Of a stretch of DNA of 64,000 nt, positions 40,870 to 53,084 are shown piece after piece. Source of the stretch: Blasia pusilla (lineage: Eukaryota); NCBI GenBank assembly GCA_050084515.1, contig CM114271.1, forward strand, positions 46,314,001-46,378,000, given 5' to 3'. The translations under genes and the position numbers were made by a program. The notes beneath the pieces are model-generated. The model did not search any database, was not told where the DNA came from, and saw nothing but the letters and a program-made list of their open reading frames with translations. Position 1 is the stretch's first letter; every line of letters starts with the position of its first letter.

Positions 40870-42437
40870 ACAGTGAGGGAGTAGCATATGCCTTCCTAGA
40901 TCGAGTGTTGAGTCATTATGGCGCACCAACTGAGGGTGTTGACAGACCAGGATACGGAGTTTATCCGGGGAGTTTCAGGCCTTGTCTGATCAGGCGCTAA
41001 TTGATCATCGCACCACTTCGCAAGATCATCCTAAGGGGGATGGACTAGCGGAGAGGGTTACGCAAACGGTGAAGTGAGGTTTATGCAAGTATGGCTTATA
41101 TAGAGGTCACATAGATAATTGGGACCTCCAATTTCCGTGGCTGGAGATGGGATATAGATTCCTCAAGAAGATATCCTTAGCATCTTTCTCACCGTACTTG
41201 TTGCTTTATGGCCAACGGTCAGATTTACCTACAGCCATTTGTCGAGATGTTGGTGAGGTGTTGAAGCTCGATGACCTTGATGTACGGATACGAGCATGTT
41301 CTCAGAGGACTGAGTTGTTTTGAAGAGTGATGCCCATGGTGTTTGAGAACTTGGCGATTGAGCAGCTTGGGGTACGATGAGGTATGCGACTATTTAGGGA
41401 GGTGTTTACATAACGACTATCCAAAGGTTTCATCAGGGAGACTATGTCTACTTACAGCATATGGCACCCACAATGTTGGATGTGACTGCAAGGCCCACTA
41501 TCTTGAGAGTGAGTGAGGTTTTGTCATCTTGTGTTCTCTTATTGGAGGGACACGATGGTATGATTAGGAAGAACCGTGTGCGTAACTGTGCGTCATATCA
41601 CCTTCCTAACATTGAAGATACAGTTCATCCGAGCTTAGTAGGACTTCTTGTAGGCTGACATTGTCTGTTGTGCGGTTCTGCACGTGATACAACCACTATG
41701 CTAGTCTGTGATGGATATTCGAGAGGATGGCATATGGCATGTCTGACGTCACCTCTCACTAGGGCTCTTCGAGGACGATGTATGTGCCCCAAATGTATGT
41801 ATAGTAGGTAGTTATAGATTTCGACTTGTTTTTATGGCATCGATGATAAGAAGGCGAATAACAATGGGGCCACATGAGCACCCAACTTTTTTTCTCTTAG
41901 TGTTCTAGAGATGTATGTTATGAGAGGTAGGGATAGATGGCTATCCGACGTTAGAGGGACCTAACCACCAGCTAGGGAGTGATTGGAGATAATTTGGTAT
42001 TTCTCGTCTCGATGTTTGGATGTCATGAGCTATCATGGGATCGTGCATGTTTGTGTGTGTGTTAGGTGACAATAATGTATGTTGTGTAGCGATGTGTATG
42101 TGCACGATAATTGTCTCATCTTTTATGATAGAACGACGAGATCTAATAGAGAGCCTTCATAGGTTGTGAAGGAAAGCCTCAAGATGTCGAGGATGACATG
42201 TTGAGGCCACGGGTAACCTAAGAGAGTAGGTTTTCCCTTCTTTTTGGCTCATTTGGAGCCATCTAGATAAACTTACTATTTTGAGAAAATTCCCATTTTG
42301 AGTATAATTGACTTTCTATTTTTATAAATGGCCCTTGACCTCCTACAATGGGTCAAGAGCCAAGGAGGTGACCCGGAACCATGGGTTATCGTGAAGAGAG
42401 CTTGGAAAAGGGAAGGGGATATACTTCCAAGAGATAG
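40870..42437 (+). mobile_element. DNMT-Gypsy family 3' fragment (copy D): integrase core, PHD finger, 3' UTR, partial LTR
   Basis: VLTDQD...GLAER; CLLCGSARDTTTMLVCDGYSRGWHMACLTSPL...CMCPKC at 41662-41800; 42112-42437 is the reverse complement of about 8280-8562. Confidence 0.88.
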
Positions 42438-43560
42438 ATGGATGAGTATGTCATCATCTATATTGATGACAAATTAATCTACTTAAAGCCACTAAATGAG
42501 CATGCTCGACACTTGGAGGCGGATTTGTCAACACTTTGTGCGAACAAGTTGTATGGAAATGAGGAGAAGGGTGAATTTAGCTTAAGCAAGATTAAATTCT
42601 TGGGTCATCTGATTAGTGTAGATGAAATCACCGTTATTTGGGGTTTCATCATACTTGGGTGTACATTGGTAAAATATCACTCAAGTATTTTGAGATGCAT
42701 AATTGTGTTACAGCAAAACAACTATGATGATATGATACCTTTGCGTTTATGAACGTGGAACTAATGAACAAGATCGGGAAAGATAATTTCATACTGAACG
42801 CCTTGAGTCACAAGGATAAATATATGCAATTGACTACACAAGTCTTGAGAGTCATATTTCTCAAAGAAAAATATATGGACAAAAGGATTTGTGAGGGGTA
42901 CATGAAGGACGCCCAAGTTGATGAGTACTTAAGGAGGTTGAGGGAGGGTAAGAAGGTAGCCAACATAAGCTTGAGGCATGGTTTGCTAAGGTTAAAGCAA
43001 AGTTGAAGTTATCTTGGTGAGGGTAAGTTTCAGACTAAGGTATTTATAGAGTGTCATGACATGCCCTTGGTTGGAAATAAAGGGGAGAAATCCATACGTG
43101 TTATTTTGGCCAAGATGCTCTTCAAGCCCAACATGAAGGAAGATGTTGCCCATCTTGTGGAGACTTGTGTTACCTGCCAAGGAAACATGGTTTCTTATGA
43201 GAAGAAATGAGGCTTCCCTTAATCATTACCAATTCCAGAAGGGCCATTGCAAAGAATAAGCATGGATTTCATAACAAGTCTTCGAGAGTCTAAGGGACAC
43301 AATGCCATACTTGTGATTGTCGATTAGTTTGGAAAGTTGGCGAGACTACTACCTACTTTGGATTCTACGACCGCCTATGCAACCTCTCGACTTTTCCTAT
43401 ACACTTGGTGGGAATCACATGGCTTACCAACGAGCATTATTTCTAATCGAGTGCATGAGTGCATTGCGGAAACAATAGGCTAAGGACGAAGTTGAGCTTT
43501 AGTAGCTTTTCATCCTTGAACACACAGAGCGAGGAAACTCAATCGTGAACCAATACCCAT
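42438..43560 (+). pseudogene. pol fragments of an unrelated chromovirus-type Ty3/Gypsy element
   Basis: VIIYIDDKLIY, KFLGH, GKDNFILNALS, LPIPEGPLQRISMDFITSL...AILVIVD. Confidence 0.8.
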
Positions 43561-45222
43561 TGGCTTGTAGAATGTCACGCGGCCGACGGAGTGGATATAC
43601 GCTAGGCCATCCATGACAAGGCCACGTTCACCACGCGCAGCACCAAACCAAAATGAGGGCGATTAGAGAACCAGGATTTGCTAGAAAGCTGGCAGAGCAG
43701 CACTCGCATCTCCAAAATCTGACACGTGAGCACAATTCGAAGCTTCGTCCTTGAGATGAGGTTATTATGCAACACCGATAAAAATGTTGACAAGAAGGGC
43801 ATTCAGACTTTGTAAAAGCCACTCTAACTCAAACTTAGGAATTGTCGAGTGTTTCCGTACTTTTGTGGAATGTTTACATCACCAATTTGCTCCGCACGTA
43901 TCGTCAAAACACAGAAGATTTGGTAGTATATTTTCACTTGTTGCGAGAAGTGAACAAGTTGTCCGCGTTCACACTGCGTATCTACACCTGACACGTTCAC
44001 AACACTGCTTTCATTTCAAAGTGAGTTTAAGGAGTAAACCACTTGCAGTGACTACACCTGCTCTGCAGACACAACGGGTCACCCTAACGTCGTTTTTAGA
44101 CAGTCCTTCACATCACTCTTCATGTTCATTTCATTGCTCGGAAATTTCAAACCTGGAGGTCGACGCAGACAGGGTTCTCTCCTGTAAAGGCACTACCAAA
44201 AGGTCGAGTTGCATTCCAGATTGTTCGACTCTAGAATTTCTGATCTCGGCCTGAAGGTGGGGTAGAAATTATCCGCTCTCGAATTTCCAGGTGTTTACAA
44301 GCATACCACCCCATCTTTCTTCCTATTTAGGCAGTCCTTTACCAGAAAAGCGTTTCTTACTGTAACAACGCCAGGCACAATTCCATATGAAATCATCTTA
44401 CTGTCCAGCTTACTATCATAAAAAATTTCGGCAAATATGAATACCATAAGAAAATTTCTTATTACCCCATTCAAACCCGACCCTATTTCAGCCTTTCTCC
44501 TTGCGTCTGTCCCTAAGACAAGGGCATGCACTGCTTAGGAGTTTAGGAGTTATGCCAGGGAGTCACCAGTTAGAACTGACAATCTGATTCAATTCCAGAA
44601 AGCATAGGCCACACTGTACACCGGGTCCATTTCACGATATAATTGGGGAGATGTTGCCACATATATTGTAGTGACAGGACAGTGCTCACAGTTGTGGGAA
44701 AGCGGTAAATCCATCTCTCCGTGGTTCATTTCATGTTAGACAGCCATCCTGCTCTTTTAAAGAGTGTTCCAGGGGACACTTCAGACAATCGTCTGCGATA
44801 GAGAACATGAAAATGCCAGGTCGCTCTCATAACTATGATTGAAGCATGAACTAACATCAAAGCTCACCAAAAACTCTGAGAACCTGTAATCTTCCAAACA
44901 ACTGAAATAACGTGTCAAAAGACCAAGCAGACTACAAGAACCCAAAACACATCATAAGAGGTTGACATAACTTTGCCGCCAAAACTTAAGCTCTGTACAC
45001 CCCCCTCCCTTGTGCCCTTTGCTAATCTTCGGGTAGGAGGCCATCTATGTCTGCTAAAGACGAAAGTAACATTTCTGCTAAGCATGGGCACAACCTGGTC
45101 TGCTTCACCAATTGAGTTACTCTTGCGACATATCCTCATAGGTAATTCAACACAAGGTCTAAGAGACCAAAGTAGATTTAACATGTCACTACGGCCTAAG
45201 CCACAGAAAATTACAGACCTGC

Positions 45223-46862
45223 CTAAGAGGCGGTTTCTTTCTTAGCAGCTTCCTCAAATGTTTCACCCTCAACAAGTTGAGGAACGTCATCATCTTCATC
45301 CTCTGCGCCTGCAGTGTCCTGCCTCTGAAACTGCTGTGCAATCTTCTTCAGGTTGGGAAGGTTGTCTGGGCCTGCCAAGAGTAAGAGCACCTCAAGGTGA
45401 GATAGCTAAACTTATGGAAAATATCAACGTCCAGAAGACCAACGAGATCTCAAGTTAAACGACCCAATGCTGTGCAAGAAAAAGGGAGAAACCTACCGAG
45501 CTGGTTGATAATGCCCGGCAAGAGGTCTTGCAACTCTGTAACACATACCAAACACCCATTCAAATATCACTCAGCTTCAAGTTCACATAGCCAAAAACCA
45601 CCCCGTAAGATAACATCGCCACCTTCAGAAGAGGTGAGACTAACATCTTGAGCTCCAAGGGATGTAAACTCCGACGAAAAACCAAGAAAGCCCTAGTGCT
45701 TTCCAAAACCCTAAACTATACGAAGTGGAATGATATCATATTCGCCAAGAGGACCCAACTTAAAAGAGCGACACATGGCAATGACCGCTTCACAGGACAC
45801 ATATCGAAGAACTCAAAATTCCGTTGAAAAGGGAATTGGAGAAAGGCCGCGTATCATGTCATATTCATGCAAGCTTGAGAGTTCAGAACATACTTTTAGA
45901 TTGTGAGGGGCCGCTGACAACCCACGTATTAGCAGCAATGGACGCTTGCACTGTAGAGTAGAAAATTACAGGTCAGCACGGTAGGGAGGAGGTTGACGAT
46001 ACCAAATCATGTGTGCAACAGTGAAAAATATCAGAATTGGATTTTCTTCAAAACTCGAGCCGTTTACTTCAACACTCCGTATTTTGCATTAGACACTGTT
46101 AACCTTGTACACATGCTTCCCAAAAATTACATGGTTCCAGTGTTGCTCGAGAGATAGCAAGAGACCCCATCCAGGGTCGAACGGACTACACAAGGAGACG
46201 TGACTCAGTTGCGACGAATCCCAACCTCCTTCGCCCGCGAAAGAGTGATCTTCCTAAGATGGGTAAAGATCGAAGCCCAAACATGCGAATCTTATAATCT
46301 CTGGAAGTGGAAAAGGAGTACAGCACCTTTGGGATTCACGAAGTGAATGACGGTCTCGTCTTTAAAGATGTTAACCTCCTCAATACCGGGGATGGTGTTC
46401 ACACCAAGTCTCTTGAGGGTATTTTGTAACCTCTTGTCGTCTGTAGTTGTAGTCTTGTGCACGGCTTTTTTCTTTCTGGTAAGATAGAATAAATGCAGAA
46501 TAGGGGTGAGCTCAACCTGATCATCTGCTAGGGTTTTGAAAAGCCTAAGACGGATCCTATATTTCCTGCACGACCCCTAAACTGAAAACTCTTTACTCTC
46601 AGCTCAAGTTGCCTCACGGATTGACGGAAATTGTCCGAAAATACGTTGTTGTAAGGACAAAATTTCCGGCATTGCAACGACCAGTTCTCTCCTACCAGCT
46701 AAATTCCTCAGCAGATTATTAGGTTACCATGGAAAGGGATGCGTGATCGATGAGCCCTATAACCTTCAGGAAATCAAAAAATGGCGACACTCACCGTCGG
46801 ACACTGCCCTTCCCACCAGTGCGAACGGCACTGGCCATCTTCTGCAGCTTCTCGATATTCAT
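45223..46862 (-). CDS. BTF3: Nascent polypeptide-associated complex beta subunit / basic transcription factor 3, 153 aa, 5 coding exons
   Basis: Exons 46862-46795, 46475-46327, 45950-45894, 45535-45497 and 45371-45223, all GT-AG and in frame (462 nt): [30 protein letters not shown]...[10 protein letters not shown]...[14 protein letters not shown]...[14 protein letters not shown]...[17 protein letters not shown]. Confidence 0.97.
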
Positions 46863-47310
46863 CTGCGCGTCCCAACAAGGCAATTCAACCACACCCCCGT
46901 GTCAAGGAACGAGGTACATTCGCACTGACCTAGAATACACAGCAATCAGCCTTTCTTTCTCATATTTTCACCCACACTAATCATCCACCCATGCCTGCCT
47001 CCGAACCAATCCCATCCTGAGCAAAGCATAGGTAGATGAAGACCTGCCTTTACGTAAAACCTCACAAGAGCCCCGTCCTCTTAGGTGTGGAAACGCGGAG
47101 GGCTCCAAACGGACAGACAGTATGATGCAACAAAGCTCGGAGAGCAACAGATCGCGAATCACATGGTCAAATGCATTGCAAATACGAGGCAAGGGTACAG
47201 AAGAGAAACCTCGCTAGGGTAGAGGTTGGCCGCCGCGAGGCCACGGATTATGCTAGCCGATGAATGTTGCAGAGGAGAAAGGAAAGTCTTGCGCTTGCGA
47301 GAGGAGTGCA
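46863..47310 (-). other. Probable 5' UTR intron and non-coding first exon of BTF3
   Basis: A CAG acceptor directly precedes the ATG; candidate donor GAG/GTTTCTCTTC near 47209. Confidence 0.55.
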
Positions 47311-48499
47311 AGACGGCCCAGCGGCGGAGCTTCCCTAACGTCTGCCACTCACAGAGTAGATGTAATCAATCTTATCCGTTCGTAACGTTGGCGTGCGTAA
47401 CTATGGTCTGAGATGAGATGTCAGCCATCCTCATCGTTGAATGGAAACCCAGCCACCCGACACGGGGTAACCAATGGTCGAGATGACTTCATCCAATCCA
47501 TTCAATGGCGATTGAATTTATCGGAGGGTGCGGATTGCCTAAGGGAAGGTGTAGCACCTACGAATGGCGGAGAATCATGGATTAGGCAGGCAGGCCAGTT
47601 TACCTCCGTTCCTTTCATATTAGGGTAAGGCCCTCTCAGCCAAACAAACCCATGTGAACCGAATGCGGACGCCCTAAACCATCCCAACAACGCAAGTGAC
47701 CTCATATTGAATTCACATTTCTTTTTTCGGGACTATTTCCCCATTTTTAATTCAGGTTTCTCTTCTCCTATTCAAACCACCTTCCACCATTAAAAAAGGA
47801 CAAAAGGGGATGGGAATAGAAAAATCCTCCTTATGTAAGGATTTTTTTTTCCACTTTAAGCGTGTTGGATTAAGAGGAGATAATAAAAGAAATAAAAATC
47901 AGATGTATGTGCAAATTTTAATAGCATTTGTGCATAGCATGGGCACCACTTAGTATTTACATTAGACATAGTGAGTGAAATGTAGGGATGGACATCAAAA
48001 CAGGCATACGAACATACATCATTAGGGGTGTGTTATGATTTACCAGTAAAGTGTTCTTGCGATGCACGCGAAATAAAAAAAGTGTTTGAAAAACTAATAT
48101 ATAGTCGGTGAAAGGAACAGGTTAATGATGTTGCACACCAATTCAAAATTCTTTTCTTGTTGCCCGTGACATGTGAATGTGAATCATTTTCTTGCTGCTC
48201 AGTTGTTACGTGTCAAACATAGAAGTGTTTGCAAATCAAGAAGGCACTCTCCCATAATAATATAGACTAGTAAGGTACTCGCGCGATGCACGGAAAAAAA
48301 AATGTTTGAAGAGTTTTTGTTAGTGAAGGGATTAATCATGCTGCACATAAATTCAAACTTTTTCTTCCTGCCCATAACATGTGAAACATTTTTTTTCTTG
48401 TCCAATTATCACATGTCAATAGGGCCTTAAAAACATCTGCCAATAATATTTTTAAAAATTGTGTTTAAATTTCCAAATTTTAAGTATAATTCCCACTTT

Positions 48500-49960
48500 T
48501 TAAAATCTTAAAAGAGTAAGAAAATTTCACCTTTAAATAACACTCATCTCCCCTAAATAATTTCAATCCTGTGTAAAAGCTCAAACAATAACTATTCTTC
48601 CCCTTTCACTCTTTCTGCCAAAATAACATTCACTAACCAAAATCTTAGCTAATTTTAATTAACGAAATCATTTTCCTTTTCCATCAAAATTCATTTTTCT
48701 TTCCCAAAATATCATATGTGAACTAATACGATTATTTAAAAAATGATCATGTTATTTCTTTTAAATTTTAAATATGATTTCTATTTTCTAGAATCTTATA
48801 AGAGTAACAACATTTCACTCTCTTAGTAATTAGAATCCTCCATTCAAATTTAAATGATATCCCAATACGTCAAGTAATTTTATCTTTTCAAAAAAATTTA
48901 ACAAAATCTACACCTCCATTAAATTTTATTTCTTTTTTCTATCAAATATGAATTGAGGTAACAAATCTAAATTTTTGGTTATTTATCATAATTATTATAT
49001 TTTTTAATATTTATAATCATCCATTCTAATATTAAAATAAATATTAATTGATTAATATATATTCGACTCAAATCATTATTCATTTTCTAACCATCTAACA
49101 CGATTAAGGCAACAAAATTCATGGATATTACCTATTTTGTCTTATTATCCTGTTATCTTGTCATATTATGCTTATGTGATGGTCAATTATTATATAAATT
49201 ATGTACACTAGTTACAATATCCTTGTTTTGCACACAAAAAATATTGTTTTAAAAGAAACCCATTTCAAAATATATATATAATTTTTATTTTCTTTAATCT
49301 TAAAAGAGTAATAACATTTCCACTTAAAAATAACTATATTTTTTAACTAGAATTTAAATAATACCTAACTCTCCTAAATAATTTCACTCCTCCAAACAAG
49401 TTTAAAGAATACCAACTCTTTATGTTAAAATAACATCCGCTAATTAAATTAATAGTTAATTTCAATTAATGATACCATTTCCTTTCTCCATTCAAATTCA
49501 TTTTCCTTTCCCAAAATATCAAATTTGAATAAAAATGATTTTTTTATTAAAAAAATTTCAATTCAAAAATTAAATCTAACTTTCATTTTCTTAAATCTTA
49601 GAAGAGTAATAACATTCCACTCTTCAATTCAAATGATACCCCACTCCCCTAAATAATTCCACCCTTCCATAAGCAATAATATTCCTTCTCCATTACAATT
49701 TATTTTCTTTTTCCATCAAATATAAATTAAAGGAAAACTTTGTAATTTTTGGCTATTTTGTCTAATTATCCCACTATTTTGTCTTATTGTACACCTAGAA
49801 TCACCCATTATGATATAAATTAATGAAAATATATTATTATTATTATTATTTTGCTCTTCCACTCAAATTCATTTTCTCTACCCATCTAATGTGAATCAAA
49901 GGACAAAATTCAAACATCATGTTGTTTCGTAATACTATCCCACTATTTTGACTTGTAATA
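48500..49960. repeat. AT-rich diverged tandem duplication, period about 790 bp, with internal subrepeats
   Basis: TCTTA.AAGAGTAA recurs near 48506, 48794, 49299 and 49597; TTTCCCAAAATATCA near 48700 and 49507. Confidence 0.7.
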
Positions 49961-50779
49961 CATATAGGGTCACCCGTTCTATTATAGATAATACGGATCA
50001 ATCCCGGAATTGATAGTTTAATTTTGGAGTGATAGACATTCCATTTTAATGGACCCCTCCTTTCCTAGTTTCCCAATATATTTGCCTTTTAGTATCCAAT
50101 GCATTTTAGATTAATAGTATAGATTAAGGAGCCTCACTCCTATGAATGACAAGTGGCCATTGACCTTAAGGGATGAAGCCCTCTTCATTTGGAGAAGATC
50201 ATCCAACTCCTTCCTATTTCTAATAGACTGATAGGATACATTATTTTCTTGTTATATGACTGGTTTTGTATACATATGTCTCTTAGCTAAAGAGGGACTT
50301 TTTTTACTTTTGGCCTCCTCTTACCTACCACACCAAAATATCCTCCTCTCCATCCGTTGTATGTAGTGAAGGCCCGCGGTCACAAATAGCTAAGTCTATG
50401 GTTCCCACACTAGGAGGGGACCCGGGAAGCAAGTCATGATCGCGGGTGCAAGAAGGAAAGATCTTGGTATGACCCACCAAAGTTATAACCTAAACTAGCT
50501 GGTTGTACGACTAGGAAGAGCGAGGAAACCAGCCCCGAGACTAACGCTAGGCGAGACCCGCACGTGTCTCATGACTAGTATTAGGAAAAACATGTATGTA
50601 GCTACTCACGGGGATAAAGCGAAGGCAAGCAAGGTTTTAGACCTTGGAGCCAAACGCCAAATAAAGGGCGAGAAGCAAGGAACATCTAAGTAGTCAAGAT
50701 GGGTAAGAAGCCACGAGACTAGTCACTAAACGCAAAGGGCAACAAGACAACCATGAGACAGTCGTAGTGGCAACTCGTA

Positions 50780-51839
50780 CTTCACTTCTCACTAAGCCTT
50801 TCATTCCTCCTCTACCAAAGTTGGTATTCAATGGCATACCAGTCTGCGTTGAATGAATCTTCCCATCTTTAAAGTTTACTATTCCATTCCTAAGAGCTTA
50901 TGAAAACTCCTCATATTCTCGACATTGATGCTCAACACTATCACACTATATACATCTTCTGAAAAAGTATCTAATTTGCAAAGTATCACCAACACTAAGA
51001 TTCCTATCTAGTTTAAGCTCAGCCATTTCTACTCTCAACTCTCTCAAACCTTTCACCAACTCATCAATGACAAAATCTTCAAGCTTTGCTGACATCGATT
51101 TAGGCAATGGATTTGAAATTGATACCTCCGACTTGAATAGTGCGATTCTACCTCTACTTCGACTTTGCTTTGTGAGAATAGCAACAACTTCTTCCACTTT
51201 CTTCCAATTAGTGCTGATACCTCCTTCTTCCATCTTGTCTGCCAACATTATGAAAAGCTTGTCCTTCAAATTCTCATCAGCCGCCTCAAGAAATAACTCG
51301 GTTTTTCTCAAGTCGAGAGTTGCCCTTTCGGAAGAAGAAAGCTGAAAAGACCGCTTCTCAAACTCACTCAATAATTCATTGGGAGTCATTCCCTTCCCTA
51401 GACGTTGCTCTATCCATTCTAGAAAACTCGTCTTAGTCACCCGATCCACATCATCATCGAAGAATTTTCCTTTCAGCAACTATTCATACTCTTCCTATGA
51501 GGTTGGATTTTATGCTCTCAACTTCTTTACTTGACTACGGATCTCTGGTATTACAGCTAACTCAAAACTTGACACCATATCACCTTCGGATATACGGTTT
51601 ACCTGCATCTCACAAATATACTCTCGAACATACTCGGTGATGTTCCTCCCATCAAATCTGCCCAACTTCTTTACAATCACTTGGAGAGCCCTTGTTGATC
51701 TTTGCTCTCCTATATGAACTCCTCCTTGTTGGCTCAACAATGTTGTCAAAGTTCGGAGAAGATCCTCAGTTCCCTCAATTCCCATTGATGAAGTACTCCC
51801 AAAAGTAGTCATTTTGATAAGACTCCAACTTGCAAACAC
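50780..51839 (-). pseudogene. gag of another LTR retrotransposon family; probable LTR/leader at about 52000-52950
   Basis: GRFDGRNITEYVREY gag-like motif in ORFs 51510-51839 and 50946-51479, followed by CI*CDSVEH...C knuckle remnant. Confidence 0.7.
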
Positions 51840-53084
51840 AATCTATCGCCTCAAATATCTCTTAGTGGAAGCACCATTTTTCGAATCGAGAGCCTTTCTT
51901 CGAGTAAGGGCGAGCCTTCTAGCTACGGCAGACATGGTCGATGCAAGGTGAACTCTCTAAGAAGTTCTACTTTTTCAATACAAAATTATTATGTATACTC
52001 TTTATTATCTCACGATAAGTATCACAAATGGAAGTGTCGAGGCGATCACTTCTTCGTAACATCGGACCCCAAAATTCCTATTTATAAAATCCCTACGACC
52101 CCGTCATCGCCAGTCAGAAAATAGAGCATTGAGATATTGGCGCAACCACTTTACGTTTATACATGAGGAAGATAGCACAACTAGTGTTAGGAAGATAGCA
52201 CAACTAGTGTTAAACCCTATTTGAGCAGGCCTATTGATATCCATGGATCGCTATATAAGAACATACAAAGTACAATCCCATGTCCTTCCATATGTGACGA
52301 TAGGAAGAATCACCTGAGTTGGAGATTCCATGATATGGTTCATGAACGCCTCCCCAAAGTGATAAACTAAATAGCAAGTGAACCAGTACCTATCTACAAA
52401 GACTAACTTGACATGGTAAGGATTGAGGAAAGGAAAGTCGGGCACAACTCGTGCTCCATCCCTATCCATGCTTGACAGACATTCTCTACTCTCCTCAAGA
52501 ATGGGCTTTGGCGGAATTATTCTCCCACGAAGGATAATCCACTCTCATTGGGAAAATAACAAACCAAAACATTCACTATTTTAGTACGACTAAACTCGTA
52601 TAAGGTGACAAGCCTCTAGAAACCTCTCGAAGAATAGATCATGGTCAAGTTATTCTCCCAAGAGGAGTGATCCACTCTCATTGGAAGAGCAAGCAATCCC
52701 AAAGCCATACACTCAAGAGTGACACGAGAGACTCAAGATGTGAAATAGAAGGTGATGAATCCTCGAAGGTCCCTCCTCTTTATATATACTCACAAGGGAT
52801 CCACAAGAGTACGAAATATCTTGTGCCACGTGACTTCCTCTCAAGGCTTAGCCAATCACATTTTGACACAAGTAGATTTTCTCTTATCTCTTCCAAAATA
52901 TCCTCTTTTACCCACTTGATATTTTCCAAATTACCCCAACTAACCTAGCCACCAACCAAGACTACTTTTGCTTTTCATTAAAGCACCAATCTCACTACTT
53001 TACTTTTATAAAGTCATCTTTTATTTATTACCTCTTTTCCTAAAGTTGGGCCCACATAAAAGAGGCACCATAAAGAGGTTTAAA

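Noticed and set aside
43784-44254. 156-aa plus-strand ORF downstream of BTF3
   Set aside because: No recognisable motif; a transcript here cannot be supported from sequence alone.
52168-52212. 22-bp tandem duplication GAAGATAGCACAACTAGTGTTA
   Set aside because: Ordinary slippage or repair duplication inside an LTR leader.
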